The notes under the pieces were generated by a model that saw only the letters and a program-made list of their open reading frames with translations, did no database searches and was not told where the DNA came from. From an uncultured Erysipelotrichaceae bacterium (GTDB lineage: Bacteria > Bacillota_I > Bacilli_A > Erysipelotrichales > Erysipelotrichaceae), in assembly GCA_964371715.1 (NCBI GenBank), contig CAYJNO010000004.1:27061-91060 (forward strand): a stretch of 64,000 bases of DNA, written 5' to 3'. The first letter of the stretch is position 1, and each line of letters begins with the position of its first letter. The translations under genes were made by a program, and so were the position numbers. Below, one piece after another: positions 26,634 to 35,844 of this stretch.

Positions 26634-29198
26634 ATGAAAAAATTAATAACAAACCTATTTAAAGGTATTTTGATACTATTTGTACTGTTTCTTTCAGTTC
26701 AATCAAATTTTAATGAAGTATCTGCGGAAGTTGGTGAAGATTTTCCAGCTGTAGTTGTGTATACAAATAGCGAAAATGTTGAATCGGCTTATACTTTACT
26801 TTTTAGAGTTTTAACTGAAGACTCGGATACTAATACTGGAACAGTAGCAATCGTTTCTAAAGAAAGTAGTGTAGCGGGAGGGATTCTTACGATACCAGAA
26901 AAAGTATCAAATAATGGATACACATATACAATAACTGAAATTTGGCAAGAAGCATTTAGATACTCACACTTTTTACATTTGGACTTAAGTGATGCTACAG
27001 GGTTAGAAAGTATTGGAAAAGATGCATTTTTATTGACAAGTTTAACTAGTGTTGATTTTGGTGGAGCCCCTAGTTTAGAGAGTATAGGGGATGGAGCATT
27101 TGCTTTCACATTCCTAGCTAGAATTGACTTAAGTAATGCGACTAATTTAAAAAATATTGGAGATAGAGCATTTATGAACAGTGAATTAGAGAGTGTTGAC
27201 TTAAGTAACGCAACTAACTTAAGAAGTATTGGGGAAAAAGCATTTTATGATACAGATTTAACTAGCATTGATTTAGGAGGAGCCCCTAGTTTAAAAAGTA
27301 TTGGAAGTTATGCATTTAGAGGAACTCCATTAGTTAACATTGATTTAAGTGATGCAACAAATTTAATAAGTATTGGAGAATATGCTTTTGCTAACACACA
27401 ACTAGCTAGAATTGATTTAAGCAATGCTACAAGTTTAGAAAGTATTGGAGAATATGCTTTTGCTGATACAAATTTAACTAGCATTGATTTAAGTGATGCA
27501 ACAAATTTAATAAGTATTGGAAGATATGCTTTTGCTAACACACAACTAGCTAGAATTGATTTAAGCAATGCTACAAGTTTAGAAAGTATTGGAAGCGATG
27601 CATTTGCTGATACAAATTTAACTAGCATTGATTTAGGAGGAGCCCCTAGTTTAGAAAGTATTGGAGATTCTGCATTTAGGAGCACTAAATTAGAAAGTGT
27701 TGATTTAAGTGAAGCTACAAGGTTAAAAAGTATTGGGAACAGAGCATTTAAAGGGACAAATTTAACTAGCATTGATTTAGGAGGAGCCCCTAGTTTAGAA
27801 AGTATTGGAAATGATGCATTTATGAGCACTAAATTAGAAGGTGTTGATTTAAGTGGAGCTACAAGTTTAAAAAGTATTGGTAACGAAGTATTTGCTGATA
27901 CAAATTTAACTAGTATTGAATTAGGAGGAGCACCTAGTTTAGAAAGTATTGGATATTTGGCTTTTTTTGGAACAAAATTAGAAAGTGTTGATTTAAGTGA
28001 TGCAACAAATTTAATAAGTATTGGAGATGGAGCATTTGAAGGAACTCAATTAATTTACATTGATTTAAGTAATTCAACTAACTTAAAAAGTATTGGAAGT
28101 AATGCTTTCGCTAATACACGACTAGCTAGTATTGATTTAAGCAATGCAACAAGTTTAGAAGATATTGGTGATAGTGCTTTTAGATTTCTTAATCTAGAAT
28201 CAATCTATATAAATTCTAATCTTACAGGAAATAAAGATGGAATAACTAATCTACCTAATCCGAATATTGTATATCTATCAAATGCTATTTATGACACGTT
28301 TCCTAAAGCAGATATTGGAACTACAGTTATTAATAAGTATCATACACTAAATGTAAATGGAGCGGAAATTACTTCTGTACATGCTGGTACTACAACAAAC
28401 TTCTCTAAAGTAGGTGTAGGTGAGATTGTAACAATAAAACTTAATACAGGTCATAACTTAAGTGACTCTAATATACCAAGTAGTATTTCACTTACTCCTA
28501 CGGCTGATGTAAATGTTTATACATTTACAATGCCTGATGAAAATGTAGTTTTGGATATTAAAGTTATAAATCCACCAACTCCAACTACAACACCATCACC
28601 AACCCCAACCACAACACCGTCACCAATTCCAACAACTACACCTTTACCAACAGCTACACCATCACCAACACTACCTACAACTCAACCAGGGGGAAGTGTT
28701 GTCTCATTGTCTAGTTTAGAAATAGTAAATAAACCATCTAAAGTTTTATATGGAGAAGGTCAAGCAATTAATCTAAATGGTATCAAAGTGAATGCTGTAT
28801 ATGAAGATGGAAGTATATACTCTGTACAACCTAATGAATTAACAGTATCAGGATTTAATAGTAATCAAGTAGGTACACAAACTATCACTGTAAAATATGC
28901 AGGACTGACTGATACATTTGTTATTAACGTTGAAGGAGATAATGAAAATACTAATGTTGATGTAGAAAAAGAAACTACTGATAACACAACAGAAACTACA
29001 GAAGATGAAGTTGCTACAGAAACTCCAAACACTGAAGATACGAGTGAGTCAACAGATTCTGAAGCATCTACAGAACCTACAACTGATGAAGTTATACCTA
29101 CTGAAGAAGAAAGTGGAATGAATTTAATATTCGCAGGATTGATAACTGCAATAATAGGTGGAACTGTTTTCTATTTTGTAAAAAGGAATAAAAAATAG
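26634..29198 (+). CDS. Cell-surface leucine-rich-repeat (BspA/TpLRR-type) protein with Pro/Thr linker, Ig-like domain and C-terminal TM anchor
   Basis: A signal peptide is present. About 18 LRR units of 24-25 aa follow the pattern DLSxATxLxSIGxxAFxxTxLxxI. The PT-rich linker is PPTPTTTPSPTPTTTPSPIPTTTP. A Big_3-like segment reads LEIVNKPSKVLYGEGQ...ITVKYAG. An acidic Thr/Glu tail follows. The C-terminal hydrophobic helix plus KRNKK has no LPxTG. Confidence 0.85.
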   Translation: MKKLITNLFKGILILFVLFLSVQSNFNEVSAEVGEDFPAVVVYTNSENVESAYTLLFRVLTEDSDTNTGTVAIVSKESSVAGGILTIPEKVSNNGYTYTITEIWQEAFRYSHFLHLDLSDATGLESIGKDAFLLTSLTSVDFGGAPSLESIGDGAFAFTFLARIDLSNATNLKNIGDRAFMNSELESVDLSNATNLRSIGEKAFYDTDLTSIDLGGAPSLKSIGSYAFRGTPLVNIDLSDATNLISIGEYAFANTQLARIDLSNATSLESIGEYAFADTNLTSIDLSDATNLISIGRYAFANTQLARIDLSNATSLESIGSDAFADTNLTSIDLGGAPSLESIGDSAFRSTKLESVDLSEATRLKSIGNRAFKGTNLTSIDLGGAPSLESIGNDAFMSTKLEGVDLSGATSLKSIGNEVFADTNLTSIELGGAPSLESIGYLAFFGTKLESVDLSDATNLISIGDGAFEGTQLIYIDLSNSTNLKSIGSNAFANTRLASIDLSNATSLEDIGDSAFRFLNLESIYINSNLTGNKDGITNLPNPNIVYLSNAIYDTFPKADIGTTVINKYHTLNVNGAEITSVHAGTTTNFSKVGVGEIVTIKLNTGHNLSDSNIPSSISLTPTADVNVYTFTMPDENVVLDIKVINPPTPTTTPSPTPTTTPSPIPTTTPLPTATPSPTLPTTQPGGSVVSLSSLEIVNKPSKVLYGEGQAINLNGIKVNAVYEDGSIYSVQPNELTVSGFNSNQVGTQTITVKYAGLTDTFVINVEGDNENTNVDVEKETTDNTTETTEDEVATETPNTEDTSESTDSEASTEPTTDEVIPTEEESGMNLIFAGLITAIIGGTVFYFVKRNKK
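26940..28210 (+). repeat. In-frame ~72-nt tandem repeats encoding the LRR units
   Basis: The repeat unit is visible throughout the region. Two adjacent 144-nt double units (27341-27484 and 27485-27628) differ at only ~7 positions. Confidence 0.9.
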
Positions 29199-29267
29199 AT
29201 ATCAGAAATTCGAAATAACAAAAAGATATTGTTGTAAATAACTCAAAGTCACTAATAGAATTTATAC

Positions 29268-29454
29268 TGTGAAACGGACCCCAAAAGTTGGATACCCAAT
29301 TATTAGGAGGTTCGTTTTTATATGTAAAATTATCAAGAGAACTAAAATGGAAATATATAATTTAAGGATAATGGGAATAACATTTTCTGAGTTGATATTA
29401 AGATATGATATTAGTCAAAAAGTTATTGAATATTTAATTAGATTAATCGTATAG
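29268..29454 (+). mobile_element. Possible IS3-family left-end remnant (terminal repeat plus truncated orfA HTH)
   Basis: TGTGAAACGGACCCCAAAAGTTGGATACCC resembles IS3/IS150-group terminal repeats (TG...CCCCAAAAGTT). AGGAGG follows it, then a short ORF MEIYNLRIMGITFSELILRYDISQKVIEYLIRLIV that is HTH-like. No transposase body and no right end were found. Confidence 0.3.
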
Positions 29455-30204
29455 CATGATGTTGACATCTTAGTATATGAAACACTAAGATATAAAATTA
29501 AAGTAAATGAGTGATTAATGCAATTAAATTAATATTATGTAACAGATATTGTGTTGTATCGACAAAGAAACAATACGTATGCTTGATACTATAATCGTTG
29601 CATTAAGCCACCTCGAGACAATATTAGTGATGACACGTCTATAATCGTCAGTGTTTGCAGTGGTTTATGAAGGTTTTTTCTTAAAAAAATGAAATGTAAA
29701 AAAATGCAAAAAATTTGATGACATTGCTATTTTGACTATTTTAGGTAGATTACATAGGAATTAGTCGATTTACTAAGTGTTTAATTAACGTGATAGATAT
29801 CCTATCACGAAGTCCATTATTATAGTAGATTTTTATATGTAATCAATTATATATAATGATATAAGTTAATGTTTAAATTGAGATAATTGTTATTGTATAT
29901 GTAATGTCTATTATTGTTTTATCTTTTAAATCTAGAATTTATGAATTTTAGTTATTGAAAATTAATTATGCACTTATATATATGATTAATATACCATATA
30001 TCGTACAAGAGTGTTAGTTTATAGTGTTTTTATGTGTTTGTTTGTAATATAATTTAATAGTCAAAATCATTTAATTACTTAATATTTTATAATTTAAGTT
30101 TTTAAATGATTATATATATAGTAAAGCTTAATTGTAATTTAGATGTACTAAAACTTAGTTATATGTTTAAAGTTTCATAAAAATGAAAAAAGGGGAGATA
30201 GAAA

Positions 30205-30789
30205 ATGGAAGATTCAATAGTAGGTTGTTTATTAATTGCTGGTATATCTTTAGCTATAGGTATAAGAACACAATTAAATAAAAAATATTATAATAATGGA
30301 ATAATTACAAATTTAATTATTATCAATGCATATTTATGTACGGTTTTATCCGTATTGTGCACCGTAATAGGACAACAGTTAGGATTAGTTGTACTTATGT
30401 ATGGAATAACATCAGGCTCAATATTATCAATAGTAGGTAATTATTATTATATTGCTAAATGTTCAGTTAAAATAGATGATGCAATATGTACGCATTATCA
30501 TGAGAATAGATCAAAACATGGCGTAAAGTCTTATCAACCATGTTTTATCTATAAATATAATGGTATAGAATATAAAGACCGATTCGATGTTAATAACGAA
30601 CTAAGTGTACGCGATTTTGTACAGAATTATAAAATAGGAGGCATAAGTTCTATCTTTATAAATCCTAATAAACCTGAAGAAATGATGATAAATAGAACAT
30701 ATCCATATCGTGTTTTTATTATTCTTATCTTAGTTATCATTATTTGGATATTTATTTTTGATGATATATTATTATTATTAAATCTTTAA
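30205..30789 (+). CDS. Membrane protein, DUF3592-like
   Basis: RBS GGGGAG. TM helices flank a beta-rich soluble segment YQPCFIYKYNGIEYKDRFD...INPNKPEE, typical of DUF3592. Confidence 0.55.
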   Translation: MEDSIVGCLLIAGISLAIGIRTQLNKKYYNNGIITNLIIINAYLCTVLSVLCTVIGQQLGLVVLMYGITSGSILSIVGNYYYIAKCSVKIDDAICTHYHENRSKHGVKSYQPCFIYKYNGIEYKDRFDVNNELSVRDFVQNYKIGGISSIFINPNKPEEMMINRTYPYRVFIILILVIIIWIFIFDDILLLLNL

Positions 30790-30858
30790 TGTTTTCATAA
30801 TTAAAATAAGAAATTTATTATTGATATGTTATAATTTATTTCGAAAAAGGGGGATATT

Positions 30859-31812
30859 ATGAAAAAATTATTATTAATTGCTTTAACAATGACAATGTTA
30901 GTGTCATGTACTACAACACAGGTGGAAGAAGAAAAAGAAGTAGTAGAAGATTCAGTAAAAAATGAAGAATCAATTTTGGAAGTAGAAAGTTATGAATATG
31001 AGACTACAGCTCATACTTATGAAAGTGTAAGAGGTACAACAATCTATGCTAATGTGACTATGCCTGTAACTGATGAAGATGTACCAGCAATTGTCTTTAC
31101 CCATGGACATGGTGGATTTAAAGAAGAATTAGAAATCCTTACTAATACTATTGCGAAAAATGGTATTGCAGTTATTATATTTGATCATCCAGGATGTGGT
31201 GAAAGTACAGAAGATTTTATCTTAGATAACAACATGGAAAACATTTTAGCTGATATGAATTCAACAAAAGAGTATTTACTAACTCTTGATGGAATTAATA
31301 AAGATTTAATTGCAGTAGGTGGTTATAGTATGGGTGGTAGAGCTGCTACTTTAAGTGCTGCTAATGATGATTTTTATAAAGCAGTAGTACTATGGTCACC
31401 AGCTGTTGCAAATAATGCTGAAGATATGTATTCATTTACTCAAACTGATGAAACATCTTTTAAAGCACTAGCAGATAATGCTCATGAAAATGGACAAGTA
31501 ACATATACTGCTATATATGGCTTTGATCAAACACTTTCTAGCAAATGGTTTAGTGATATGGAAAAATATAATCCAATTGATGTTGCAAGTCAAATAACAG
31601 CTCCAATATTTATTGTTAGACCAACAAATGATGAGATTATTTCATTAGATGCAATTACTACATTTGTTGAGGCAACAGTGAATTCTAGTGCTGTTGAACT
31701 TGTTGAATTAGAAGGTGGAAATCATGGATTTGGTATCTATTCTGATGAATTAGAATTTACAGAGCATGCTGCAAATTTAACGGCATCATATTTAAAAACA
31801 ACATTAAAATAG
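30859..31812 (+). CDS. Lipoprotein alpha/beta-hydrolase
   Basis: Lipobox MLVSC. HGHGG oxyanion region. Nucleophile elbow GGYSMGG. C-terminal GGNHGF. Confidence 0.75.
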   Translation: MKKLLLIALTMTMLVSCTTTQVEEEKEVVEDSVKNEESILEVESYEYETTAHTYESVRGTTIYANVTMPVTDEDVPAIVFTHGHGGFKEELEILTNTIAKNGIAVIIFDHPGCGESTEDFILDNNMENILADMNSTKEYLLTLDGINKDLIAVGGYSMGGRAATLSAANDDFYKAVVLWSPAVANNAEDMYSFTQTDETSFKALADNAHENGQVTYTAIYGFDQTLSSKWFSDMEKYNPIDVASQITAPIFIVRPTNDEIISLDAITTFVEATVNSSAVELVELEGGNHGFGIYSDELEFTEHAANLTASYLKTTLK

Positions 31813-31822
31813 TAAACTTAAA

Positions 31823-31860
31823 AAAACTAGAAATGGAAAATAACTCATTTCTAGTTTTTT
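31823..31860. terminator. Bidirectional terminator between convergent genes
   Basis: A perfect 13-bp stem AAAACTAGAAATG / CATTTCTAGTTTT is flanked by an A run and a T run. Confidence 0.75.
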
Positions 31861-31891
31861 AATATTGTTTAAAATTATTATATATAAATAC

Positions 31892-32338
31892 TCAGGTGAT
31901 CTTTTGAATCTTAGAATATATATAAGATATGGAAATAACGCTCAATAGATACATTATTAAAATAATGATTAAAAAAATACCGACAACAATAATTGAATTT
32001 TGTAATGCATAAGTAACTAAAAATAATGTGATCAATAAGCAGATTGATATTATTAATATTTTAGCTATTGTTTGTTGTTTTAAACTAATTATAGTATTTT
32101 TATTTTCTTTATATGCTTGATAACATAAATATAAAATAAATAATAGTTCTGCTATAAAATATAATGTATTACTAGCATTAGAAGAAGAAAAATGGACTAT
32201 ATTAAAGTATTTTAATAAAAAATATAGCAATAAAGTTTCTAAAATGAAACATAAAATAATTGATATAAAATAATCATAGGTGACTTTTATTTTCATGATT
32301 TTAACTCCTTTGTATTGTCTATATTCATATTTTAGCAT
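31892..32338 (-). CDS. Integral membrane protein, unknown function
   Basis: 148 aa with four hydrophobic helices. RBS AAGGAG on the minus strand. Confidence 0.5.
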   Translation of the reverse strand: MLKYEYRQYKGVKIMKIKVTYDYFISIILCFILETLLLYFLLKYFNIVHFSSSNASNTLYFIAELLFILYLCYQAYKENKNTIISLKQQTIAKILIISICLLITLFLVTYALQNSIIVVGIFLIIILIMYLLSVISISYIYSKIQKIT

Positions 32339-32457
32339 GAACTTAATAAATTAATAATTCATATTATATTTAATCGCTTTTAGATTGTAAAAGATAGATA
32401 TAAATATAATAATGTTATAATTTTGATAGAAGATGATTAAATTAAGGAGGAATAATT

Positions 32458-32919
32458 ATGCTTAAGATTAAATTTAGTGAAGAGCAATTAGCTATTCGTA
32501 ATAAATTAGGTTATCAAAGTTTTATATTTATGCTTATATTGATATTTATTAATATTATGGCTAATGAATCATATATGTGGGCAGATTATTTCACACAATC
32601 ATTTATATTAATAATAATATCTGTGTATTATTTTTTGATTTGTGGATTATTAAAAGGTTTATTTTTAACAAGTTATAAGAAATATTATATACGAAGTTCA
32701 ATTTTCTCTATAATATTTTCAGTAGTATTTATGGTTGTGATATATATAGAATTATTTCAAACTAGAAGTGAAGTACTAATAAAAGATGGTGTAGTTCAAA
32801 GGATGATGATTATTGTAGTATATTTATTACTAAATTTAATAAAAGAGTTTATTCAGTTAATAATAATTGTTAAAAATAAAAAAAAGAAAAATATTAATGA
32901 TATTAAAGAGATTATATAG
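32458..32919 (+). CDS. Integral membrane protein, unknown function
   Basis: RBS AGGAGG. 153 aa with four hydrophobic helices and a Lys-rich tail. Confidence 0.5.
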   Translation: MLKIKFSEEQLAIRNKLGYQSFIFMLILIFINIMANESYMWADYFTQSFILIIISVYYFLICGLLKGLFLTSYKKYYIRSSIFSIIFSVVFMVVIYIELFQTRSEVLIKDGVVQRMMIIVVYLLLNLIKEFIQLIIIVKNKKKKNINDIKEII

Positions 32920-33039
32920 ATAAATTAAAAGAGTAAAGATACTCATTTATATTGATTGAATTTACTCTTTTTGTTATAAAAAGTATCTTTATGTATTGTA
33001 TTCATAATTTATGTATGTTATTATTTATCCTGTCCCTAA

Positions 33040-33298
33040 AAGGGAGTGAAAATATTTTCGAAAAATGACCAATTAGCTAAGGCCAACGGACAGCCGGTCA
33101 ATGCCGAACCATAATATGGTGGCAGTTGCCATCTTATTGATTTATAAAGTTTAATAAACTTTATACCAAATAAATATGTATTTATTTAAGCACTATTGTT
33201 TGGTCAATAAGAGTAGTAAAAACATTTTTTGTTATATAGACTCGATAATGACAATAAGGCAAAAAGCCTTGTAACACAGTGTATCTGTGTTTTTTTTA
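33040..33298 (+). promoter_or_regulatory. Candidate structured leader RNA or unclassified riboswitch-like element ending in a terminator
   Basis: A locally GC-rich block at 33040-33135 (CCTAAAAGGGAG ... GGCCAACGGACAGCCGGTCAATGCCGAACCATAATATGGTGGCAGTTGCC) sits in otherwise AT-rich spacer. Local helices include TCCCT/AGGGA and GCC-ACCAT/ATGGT-GGC. A terminator-like hairpin ACACAG-TGTAT-CTGTGT plus T8 (33275-33298) lies 38 nt before ATG 33336. I did not recognise a known RNA class. Confidence 0.3.
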
Positions 33299-33335
33299 TG
33301 AATTTTAATTTATAAATTGTTTTTAGGAGGACAAA

Positions 33336-35480
33336 ATGAAAAAATTATTATCACTAATTGTAGTGGGTTCATTATTTTTATCTTTAATTGGTTGTAAAAG
33401 TGAGGAAACAACTACAAATAATGCAGCAAAAGATGAGTATCAAAACTATATTGATGCTGTTAATCCAGAGTTTGGATATGATATTGCAATGGAATTATCA
33501 ACAAACCCTGAATTACTAAATAACGATTTAGGAAGTAGAACTTCAGGAAGTGATGCTGAGCATAAAGCGGCAGATTATTTATTTGAAGTGATGCAAGATA
33601 TGGGTCTTGAAGATGTTGAGAAAATTGCTGCAGATGCTGATAAATGGCAATCTAATGGCGCAAGCTTAACAATTGATGGCAAAGAATATAATGTAGCTTC
33701 TTATGCAACTAATGGTACAGATATTGATGGCATAACAAGTGAAATTATCTTTTTAAATGATGGTACAATGTGGGATTATGAGAACATTGATGCTACAGGA
33801 AAAATAGTATTAATTGATATAAATCAAAGAGAGAATTGGTGGATTACATATCCAATGCTTGAAGCAGAACTTCAAGGTGCAGCAGCTATTTTAGCGGCTA
33901 ATGTAGGTGGCTATTCACAAATATCTGGGGATGCATTAAATTTACAAGATATTTGTGCACCATTAAGTATTCCTACACTAAGTATTAGTGTAAATGATTC
34001 TTTAGAGATTCAAGAAAAAATAGCTGCAGGACCAACAACGGCAACTTTAGTAGTAGATAATGTTGTAGAAGAGGGTGGAACTACTTATAATGTAATTGGT
34101 AAAATTCCAGGAAAAAGTAGTGAAAATCAAATTGTTGTGGGAGCACACTATGATATGTATTTTAGTGGCTTTCAAGATGATAGTGTTGCAATTGGGTTAG
34201 TATTAGCGATGGCTAAAGGGATGATTGATTCAGGATTTGTTCCAGAAAATGACATCGTCTTTGTAATGCATGGTGCTGAAGAGTGGGGTTCAATTGGTAC
34301 TCAATTTGACTGGACTGTTGGAGCATGGGAAATGGTTAATAATGTACATCCAGAATGGACTGATAAAACATTAGCATTCATTAACTTTGAATTACCTGCT
34401 TATGCATTTGGCTCAAGCACAAGAACAGCAACAGCACCTGAGTTATATTCAATGGTTGAATACTTTACAAATACATATGAATTCACACCAGATCCAAGTG
34501 CAGCATTCCCTGATGGTGTTAATACTGATGGAACACCAACTTATACATATTCTGATGACTTTTCATATCATATTGCAGGTATTCCTTCAATGGTTAATGG
34601 AACAGTTACTGCCGATGATGTAAAGTCAGGTTCAGATTTCATGGTAGATTATTATCATTCTAACTATGATACTTATGAAACATATAATGAAGAGGTTATG
34701 AAGTTTAATCTTGAATACTATGGAGCTATAGCCATGTATATAGATTCACGTCCAGCTTTAGAATTAGACTTTAGCGCACAATATGATCGTATTTTTGCAA
34801 GTATTTCAGAAGAAACTATGGCAAATGCTGGTGTAGATATTCAAATATATAATGAAGCTTTAGATACATTAAAAGCTAATGCTGAATTAATGAATGAAAA
34901 AATAAATCAAGTAAACACTGATTATGATATTGCACTTTTAAATGGTGATGAAGAAGCTATGAGTGCTTTATGGCAAGAAGGTAAGCAATTAACTGCACAA
35001 AATCTTGCAGCATTTAAATTTGCTCAAAGCGAATTATTAAGTCTAATGTATGAAAAACCAATCGTACCACATGAAGGTCCACAAATTAATATTGAATTAA
35101 TGGAAGAAATTGTTACATTATTAGAAGATGGACAAGGTGATGTCGCAACAGATGAATACGTATGGCAAGTAAATAATGTCTTTGAATGGTATGCAATGTA
35201 TTTCTCTGAAGGTGTAATCGATATTCAAAATGAAATGATTTGGGGTGAAGATAACCAAGATAATCTATATTGGGGAACTGATAAAGGCTTTGTTAAAGCA
35301 CAAGTTGAAGAAGCAACTAGAAGTTTAATGTTAAAGTATGGTTTAGAAAACCAAGATTATTCTAGTGAAATTGCAATCTACAAAACAGAAATAGAAGCAC
35401 AAAAACAAACTTTAAAAGAACTAGCTGATAAAGAAATTAATGATATTACTACATTAAGTGAAATGTTAGTTTTAAAATAA
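33336..35480 (+). CDS. Lipoprotein M28-family zinc aminopeptidase with PA domain and long C-terminal extension
   Basis: Lipobox LSLIGC. M28 metal-ligand motifs: GAHYDMYFSGFQDDSVAIG and HGAEEWGSIGT. Confidence 0.75.
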   Translation: MKKLLSLIVVGSLFLSLIGCKSEETTTNNAAKDEYQNYIDAVNPEFGYDIAMELSTNPELLNNDLGSRTSGSDAEHKAADYLFEVMQDMGLEDVEKIAADADKWQSNGASLTIDGKEYNVASYATNGTDIDGITSEIIFLNDGTMWDYENIDATGKIVLIDINQRENWWITYPMLEAELQGAAAILAANVGGYSQISGDALNLQDICAPLSIPTLSISVNDSLEIQEKIAAGPTTATLVVDNVVEEGGTTYNVIGKIPGKSSENQIVVGAHYDMYFSGFQDDSVAIGLVLAMAKGMIDSGFVPENDIVFVMHGAEEWGSIGTQFDWTVGAWEMVNNVHPEWTDKTLAFINFELPAYAFGSSTRTATAPELYSMVEYFTNTYEFTPDPSAAFPDGVNTDGTPTYTYSDDFSYHIAGIPSMVNGTVTADDVKSGSDFMVDYYHSNYDTYETYNEEVMKFNLEYYGAIAMYIDSRPALELDFSAQYDRIFASISEETMANAGVDIQIYNEALDTLKANAELMNEKINQVNTDYDIALLNGDEEAMSALWQEGKQLTAQNLAAFKFAQSELLSLMYEKPIVPHEGPQINIELMEEIVTLLEDGQGDVATDEYVWQVNNVFEWYAMYFSEGVIDIQNEMIWGEDNQDNLYWGTDKGFVKAQVEEATRSLMLKYGLENQDYSSEIAIYKTEIEAQKQTLKELADKEINDITTLSEMLVLK

Positions 35481-35486
35481 AAGTAA

Positions 35487-35519
35487 ATCGCAATCAATAA
35501 ATCTGATTGCGATTTTTTT
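35487..35519 (+). terminator. Rho-independent terminator after the M28 peptidase gene
   Basis: A perfect 10-bp stem ATCGCAATCA / TGATTGCGAT with a 7-nt loop, followed by a T7 run. Confidence 0.8.
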
Positions 35520-35844
35520 AATATAATTAATTAGATTTTTTTAAATCTAGAACAAATACAAGATATAAATAATTATGATGACTTTAATGCTATGACAGCT
35601 GAGATAGTCAAATTATTAAAGACAGTGCTTTTATTTTCTAGATAATCAAGATAAGTGAGATTTATGATAGATGCTAATTCAGTAAAGTAATAACTATAAA
35701 ATTAATGATAATATAATAAAAAGTTAATAATCTTTTATGCTTGTCTAAAAAAGTATATAAATCCACTTAAGTATGTAGACATAAAGTTTTATTTGTGATA
35801 AAGTTACATCTGTATAAAATGATTTTTAGGAGATTGACTATATT

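Noticed and set aside
27308-27829. A 173-aa minus-strand ORF and other antisense ORFs inside the repeat arrays: 26789-27109, 36084-36671, 39065-39277, 39435-39725, 39873-40292, 40782-41027 and 41511-41705.
   Set aside because: The periodic repeats of the LRR and FIVAR coding arrays keep the antisense frames open by chance. The sense-strand proteins have signal peptides and coherent domain architecture.
26940-28210. Possible CRISPR array, considered because of the regularly spaced repeats here and at 39373-41565.
   Set aside because: The repeats are contiguous with no unique spacers, in frame within long ORFs, and encode LRR and FIVAR protein modules. No cas genes are present.
33040-33135. 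tRNA, SRP (4.5S) RNA or a known riboswitch class for the GC-rich intergenic block.
   Set aside because: There is no cloverleaf and no T-loop GTTCRANYC. The SRP domain IV motif (GGAA...AGCAGC) is absent. No diagnostic core of the riboswitch classes I could recall is present. It is kept only as an unclassified structured-RNA candidate.
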